Under the pieces are notes generated by a model that saw nothing but the letters and a program-made list of their open reading frames with translations, was not told the DNA's origin and made no database searches. 64,000 bases of DNA. Source: Vicinamibacteria bacterium (GTDB lineage: Bacteria > Acidobacteriota > Vicinamibacteria > Marinacidobacterales > Marinacidobacteraceae). This document shows, one piece after another, positions 59,776-64,000 of this stretch. Location of the stretch: NCBI GenBank assembly GCA_965199715.1, contig OZ241322.1, forward strand, positions 480,001-544,000, read 5' to 3'. A program made the position numbers and the translations under genes. Position 1 is the first letter of the stretch. Each line of letters begins with the position of its first letter.

Positions 59776-60152
59776 CCGCGCAGCACCTTCTCGAACACGC
59801 GGTATGCCTGCGCGAGCCAGTCGGCCAAGGCCTCCCAGTTGTCGGGGTTGCGCGTGTCGCACTCGTTGAAATAGTTCGCCCACTTGCTACTCGGCTCTTC
59901 GCCGAAGTGCCGCATGAGCGCCTCGCGATACATAGCGATCCGGCACGTCGCCTTCAAACCTTCCCCTGGCAAACCAATCAGGAAGCAGTTGACCCGATCT
60001 GAGGCCACGGAGTGGCCAATCCGCAGATCGGTACCGGCGACCTCAAAGTGCACGTAACTGCGGGCTGTCTGCTGCACGTCACCCGGGTGAAGCCGAGCGA
60101 TCCGGGTCCAGAACTCACGCCGGAAACCGCTCCAGTCGAATTCGGTAGCCAC
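59712..60152 (-). CDS. DUF4268-like protein
   Basis: REFWT start and NPDNWEALADWL...FE end; GTG 2 nt after the upstream stop. Confidence 0.6.
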   Translation of the reverse strand: MATEFDWSGFRREFWTRIARLHPGDVQQTARSYVHFEVAGTDLRIGHSVASDRVNCFLIGLPGEGLKATCRIAMYREALMRHFGEEPSSKWANYFNECDTRNPDNWEALADWLAQAYRVFEKVLRGQSTGQDGSEPSRPRLRATRS

Positions 60153-60154
60153 GC

Positions 60155-62170
60155 TCAGCGCCCGCCGTCGTCAGCCACCATCTCCCCGGAGTGCCGCCCG
60201 AACCACGCCAGAATCCGGTGCGTGACGTCCATCAGGAACTTCGGCTCCCGGGGGCCGTGCGGCGTGCGCGGGTACACGACCATCTCGGTCGGAACCCCGA
60301 GCCGGTCCAGCGCCCGGTAGAACTCCTGCCCTTGGGTGAACGGCACCCGCAGGTCCTCGGCGCCGTGGATCACCTGCGTCGGGGTCGTCACCTCGGCGAT
60401 CCGGTAGATCGCCGAGTGCGCCTCGTACACCTCGTAGTCCTCCCAGAACTCGCCGCCCATGTGCCCGGCGAGGTAGTCCTGGATGTCCGTGGTCGTGACC
60501 ATGCTGACCAGATTCGGAAGCCCGGCGCCCATGCTGGCCGCGACGAACCGGTCCGTCCGGGTCACCGCGAACGAGGTCATGTATCCCCCGTAGCTCCACC
60601 CCATGATGAACAGCCGCTTGGGATCGGCGATCCCCCGCTCGATCACGAGATCCACGCCCGCCATCAGGTCGTCCATGTCCTTGAAACCCCAGTCCATGAA
60701 GTTCGCGTAGCGGAAGTCCTTCCCGTATCCGGTGGAGCCTCTGGGGTTCGGCCGCAGGACCGCGTAGCCCTCCTGCGCGAACGTCTGCAGCATGTAGATG
60801 GACGGACCGCCGGTGAAGGTCTCCGAATAGACGCCGGCAGGCCCGCCGTGGACGTTGAGCACGAGCGGAACCCGCCGCCCCTCCTCGTAACCCACCGGGA
60901 GGGTCAGTAGCCCGTCGATCTCCAGTCCGTCGCCGGAGTCCCACGTGAGGACCGACGTCTCGCCCATCGCCGGGCGGGGCACGTCCCGGTGCAGGTCCGT
61001 CAGCCGCTGCGGTTCGAACGCCGCCGCCGGGCCGCCGCCATCCGCGACCGCCGCCGTGAACACGTCCCACGGCGTGTCCGGGGTCTGGTGGGTGAACGCC
61101 ATCACGTCCGCTCCCGCCGCGATCGAGTGCGCACCGAAGACGCCGGCTCCGGGAGTCATCTCCACGAGCGCGCCACCGTCCGCCGGGAGCGCGAAGAGCC
61201 CCCGACTGGTGCGGTCGGCCTCGCTGACGTACACGAACGACCCGTCCCGGGACCAGCCCACGATCCCGGGACTGCGGTCGCGGGTCTCCGCCAGCTTGAC
61301 CCGCTCGCCGCCCATGACCGGCATGACGTACACGTCGCCGAGCCCGATCGGCTCCGGCTGGTCACCCGTGGAGCGGAACGCGACCGTCGCGCCGTCGGGC
61401 GAAACACGCGGACTGCTCTCGACGCCGTCGCCGCCGTGGAGCGGCGTCACCCGCTCCTCGTACACATGGACCACCGAGAGATCGCCCGAGCGCCGGTTCG
61501 TGTTGATGCGTGGGTCGTCCTGATGCGCGAACACGATGCGGTCGCTGCTCGACCAGTCCCATCCGGTCACGTGGAAGTCGCCCTCGGTGAGCCGGCGGTC
61601 CTCCGCGTCGGGATCCGGACCGTCGGTCACGAGCGCGAGGTACAGATGCCCGTACTTGAAGTCCTGATCGACGAGCTCGACATCCCGCTTCTCCTTGCGG
61701 CGGGCCTCCTCGTCGTCGGTCTCCGGGTCGCGCATCACGTAGCCGACGCTGCCGCCGTCGGGCGAGAAGCGGAACGATCCCGCGCCGTTTTCGGCATGCG
61801 TCACCGGGAACGCCTCGCCGCCCGCGAGCGGGAGCAGCCAGACCTGCGGTTTCCCGTCGCTCGCCCGCAGAAAGCCGAGATACCGGCCGTCGGGCGAGAA
61901 CGCGGGCGACGTGGCGGAACTCTCGCCGGTCGTCCACGCCACCGGCTCGCCTCCCACTGCGGGAACCACGTGGATTTGCGTCCGGTACTCCGACTGCTCG
62001 CCTTCCATGAGGGGAACGGTCACCGTGAACGCGACCATCTCCCCGTCGGGCGAGATCGCCACCGACGAGATGCGGTGGTACTGCATCTGGAGTTCCGGCG
62101 TCCAGCGGTGGTCGTCAGCGAGCGCGAACGCCGACAGCAGCGTCAGAAGAATGAGGAATCGGGCGATCAT
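60155..62170 (-). CDS. S9 family peptidase (acylaminoacyl peptidase-like)
   Basis: Signal peptide, PD40 repeats, HGGP, NPRGSTGYG, GWSYGG, DLRVP, PH. Confidence 0.95.
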   Translation of the reverse strand: MIARFLILLTLLSAFALADDHRWTPELQMQYHRISSVAISPDGEMVAFTVTVPLMEGEQSEYRTQIHVVPAVGGEPVAWTTGESSATSPAFSPDGRYLGFLRASDGKPQVWLLPLAGGEAFPVTHAENGAGSFRFSPDGGSVGYVMRDPETDDEEARRKEKRDVELVDQDFKYGHLYLALVTDGPDPDAEDRRLTEGDFHVTGWDWSSSDRIVFAHQDDPRINTNRRSGDLSVVHVYEERVTPLHGGDGVESSPRVSPDGATVAFRSTGDQPEPIGLGDVYVMPVMGGERVKLAETRDRSPGIVGWSRDGSFVYVSEADRTSRGLFALPADGGALVEMTPGAGVFGAHSIAAGADVMAFTHQTPDTPWDVFTAAVADGGGPAAAFEPQRLTDLHRDVPRPAMGETSVLTWDSGDGLEIDGLLTLPVGYEEGRRVPLVLNVHGGPAGVYSETFTGGPSIYMLQTFAQEGYAVLRPNPRGSTGYGKDFRYANFMDWGFKDMDDLMAGVDLVIERGIADPKRLFIMGWSYGGYMTSFAVTRTDRFVAASMGAGLPNLVSMVTTTDIQDYLAGHMGGEFWEDYEVYEAHSAIYRIAEVTTPTQVIHGAEDLRVPFTQGQEFYRALDRLGVPTEMVVYPRTPHGPREPKFLMDVTHRILAWFGRHSGEMVADDGGR

Positions 62171-62219
62171 GGGTCAAGTATGGCAACTCCGGGCCGTCCG
62201 TTCCCGTAGTCTTTGACCG

Positions 62220-63380
62220 ATGACCGCGCCCGTCAGCACCGGCCTCGAGCGTCTCCCCGACCTCGGCGATCTGCTGCGCGGCCTCCGAGTCGGCCTGATC
62301 GCCAACCCGTCCGCGGTGACCGCCTCGTTCCGGCACGCACGGGAGGTCATCGCCGGGCTGCCGGGAGTGACGCTCGCCGCGCTGTTCGCCCCCGAGCATG
62401 GCTTCGACGCTACCGAACAGGACCTCATCGAGATCGAGGGCGCCGCGGATCGCATCCCGGTGCACAGCCTCTACGGCCCGGTGCGCCGACCGACCGAAAC
62501 GATGCTGGAAGGGCTCGACGCGCTGGTCTTCGACATACAGGACATCGGCTCCCGCTACTACACCTACATCTGGACGATGGCCCACGCCATGGAGGCGTGC
62601 GCGGCCAGCGGACGCCGGATCGTGGTGCTCGACCGCCCGAACCCGATCGGCGGCCGCATGGTCGAGGGGAACGTCATCCGCAAGGACCACCTCTCGTTCG
62701 TCGGGCTCTATCCCCTGCCCAACCGGCACGGCATGACCGTCGGCGAGATCGCGGCGCTGCTGAATCGGCATCACGGCATCGGCGCGGACCTCGTGGTTGT
62801 GGGGTGCGACGGCTGGAGCCGGGAGGCGTGGCTGGACGACGCCGGGCTCCCCTTCGTGCCGCCGTCGCCCAACATGCCGACCCTCGACACCGCTGCGGTG
62901 TATCCGGGCATGTGCCTCGTCGAGGGCACGAATCTCTCCGAGGGGCGGGGCACCACCCGGCCGTTCGAGATGGTCGGGGCCCCGTGGATCCGCGGCGGCG
63001 AGCTCGCCCGCGCCCTTGCTGCCGAGGAACTGCCGGGAGTGGGCTTCCGACCGATCCGGTTCCGCCCGACGTTCCACAAGCACGGAGGCGAGGAATGCGG
63101 CGGCGTCATGCAGCACGTCACCGACCGAGCGACGTACCGGCCGTGGCGGACTGGGATCGCGATGCTCGCCCACATCCGGCGGCTGTGGCCGGCCGAGTTC
63201 GCGTGGCGCCCGCCGCCGTACGAATACGAGCTGGAGCGGCTTCCGATCGACATCCTCGCCGGTTCGCCCCGACTGCGCGAGGGGATCGAGGCGGGCGCCG
63301 ACGTTGCGGAGCTGGCCGGGGACGATGAGGGTCGCGCCGCATTCGACCGGGTGCGCGAGCAGTTCCTGCTCTACCGCTGA
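62220..63380 (+). CDS. DUF1343 / NamZ-like exo-beta-N-acetylmuramidase
   Basis: FAPEHG, SLYG, DIQDIGSRYYTY, DRPNP, HGMTVGE, PSPNMP, SEGRGT. Confidence 0.92.
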   Translation: MTAPVSTGLERLPDLGDLLRGLRVGLIANPSAVTASFRHAREVIAGLPGVTLAALFAPEHGFDATEQDLIEIEGAADRIPVHSLYGPVRRPTETMLEGLDALVFDIQDIGSRYYTYIWTMAHAMEACAASGRRIVVLDRPNPIGGRMVEGNVIRKDHLSFVGLYPLPNRHGMTVGEIAALLNRHHGIGADLVVVGCDGWSREAWLDDAGLPFVPPSPNMPTLDTAAVYPGMCLVEGTNLSEGRGTTRPFEMVGAPWIRGGELARALAAEELPGVGFRPIRFRPTFHKHGGEECGGVMQHVTDRATYRPWRTGIAMLAHIRRLWPAEFAWRPPPYEYELERLPIDILAGSPRLREGIEAGADVAELAGDDEGRAAFDRVREQFLLYR

Positions 63381-63787
63381 CCGGCGATCCTCCAGCCCGG
63401 CAGCGCCGCGGCCTGACGGACCCACTCCTCCATTTCGGGTCGGTCGAGCGGCCCTTCCAGCACGTCGGCCCAGCGGGCGTCCGGGTCCTTGCCGGAACCC
63501 GGCGGCAGCGGCCGAAGCGCCGCGCCCCGGAAGAACGTCACCCGCACGAAGCGATTGAAGCAATGGACGTTCAGGAAGAACCCCCGGTCGCGCACTCCAT
63601 AGAACGGCGAGTTCCAGCGCACCGCCCGGACCACCCCGGGAACGACGCCGGCGATGAGCGCGTCCAGCTCGCGGGAGGTCTCGCCCTTCCACCCCGGAGC
63701 GGCAGCGATCCACGCCCGCACCGGAGCGTCGCCGTCTCCCTTGGGGATTTGGGGATTGCCACCGGAGAGCAACCTCGGCGCGGCCAT
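63371..63787 (-). CDS. DUF1801 domain protein
   Basis: LLSGGNPQIPKGDGD, VRWNSPFYG, WVRQAAALPG. Confidence 0.88.
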   Translation of the reverse strand: MAAPRLLSGGNPQIPKGDGDAPVRAWIAAAPGWKGETSRELDALIAGVVPGVVRAVRWNSPFYGVRDRGFFLNVHCFNRFVRVTFFRGAALRPLPPGSGKDPDARWADVLEGPLDRPEMEEWVRQAAALPGWRIAGQR

Positions 63788-63820
63788 GAGACGCGGAATT
63801 CTGGCCCGTAGAATCGCGGC

Positions 63821-64000
63821 ATGTCCATCGTCCTCCTGAGCGCGCTGCTGTTGGCCCCCGAGGAGGAGAAGGTCCTTCCGCTCGCCGCGACCGAGACGCT
63901 CGAGTTCACGGTGACAGAGGGCACGTGGATGTCCCTCGATGTCTCGCCCGACGGCGGCACGCTGGTCTTCGACCTGCTCGGCGACCTCTACACCCTGCCG
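63821..64000 (+). CDS. PD40-repeat exported protein (amidohydrolase-associated type), runs off the window
   Basis: EGTWMSLDVSPDG..LVFDLLGDLY; TAGAAT 6 nt before ATG. Confidence 0.75.
   Translation, partial: MSIVLLSALLLAPEEEKVLPLAATETLEFTVTEGTWMSLDVSPDGGTLVFDLLGDLYTLP

Overview
A very GC-rich, gene-dense bacterial chromosome segment. Gene content and style suggest an Acidobacteriota-like organism, but that is inference only. About 63 coding regions can be supported. Most long ORFs in the supplied track are antisense or off-frame shadows of real genes. Housekeeping content: acyl-CoA dehydrogenase, glpX, class II ribonucleotide reductase with two NrdR boxes, mtaB, lactate permease, a his cluster split into two convergent halves, a reduced nuo operon (A-B-C-D-H-I-J-K-N plus ferredoxin, with no EFG and no LM), maeB, peptidases and transporters. 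Accessory content: a decaying defence island (about 48.8-55.3 kb) with an orphan hsdM, a Fic protein, a frameshifted AlbA_2/Schlafen gene, a second Fic fragment, and an intact coupled pair of a DarT-family DNA ADP-ribosyltransferase and an ARH/DraG-family glycohydrolase in place of the usual DarG. The two strongest candidates for something undescribed are (1) this DarT-ARH module and (2) a single-chain RNase III with Drosha/Dicer-like architecture (RIII-RIII-dsRBD-dsRBD) whose second nuclease domain has lost its catalytic acids, predicting a one-strand dsRNA nickase. I saw no rRNA, tRNA, CRISPR array or transposase. All family assignments come from motif recognition by eye, not from database searches.
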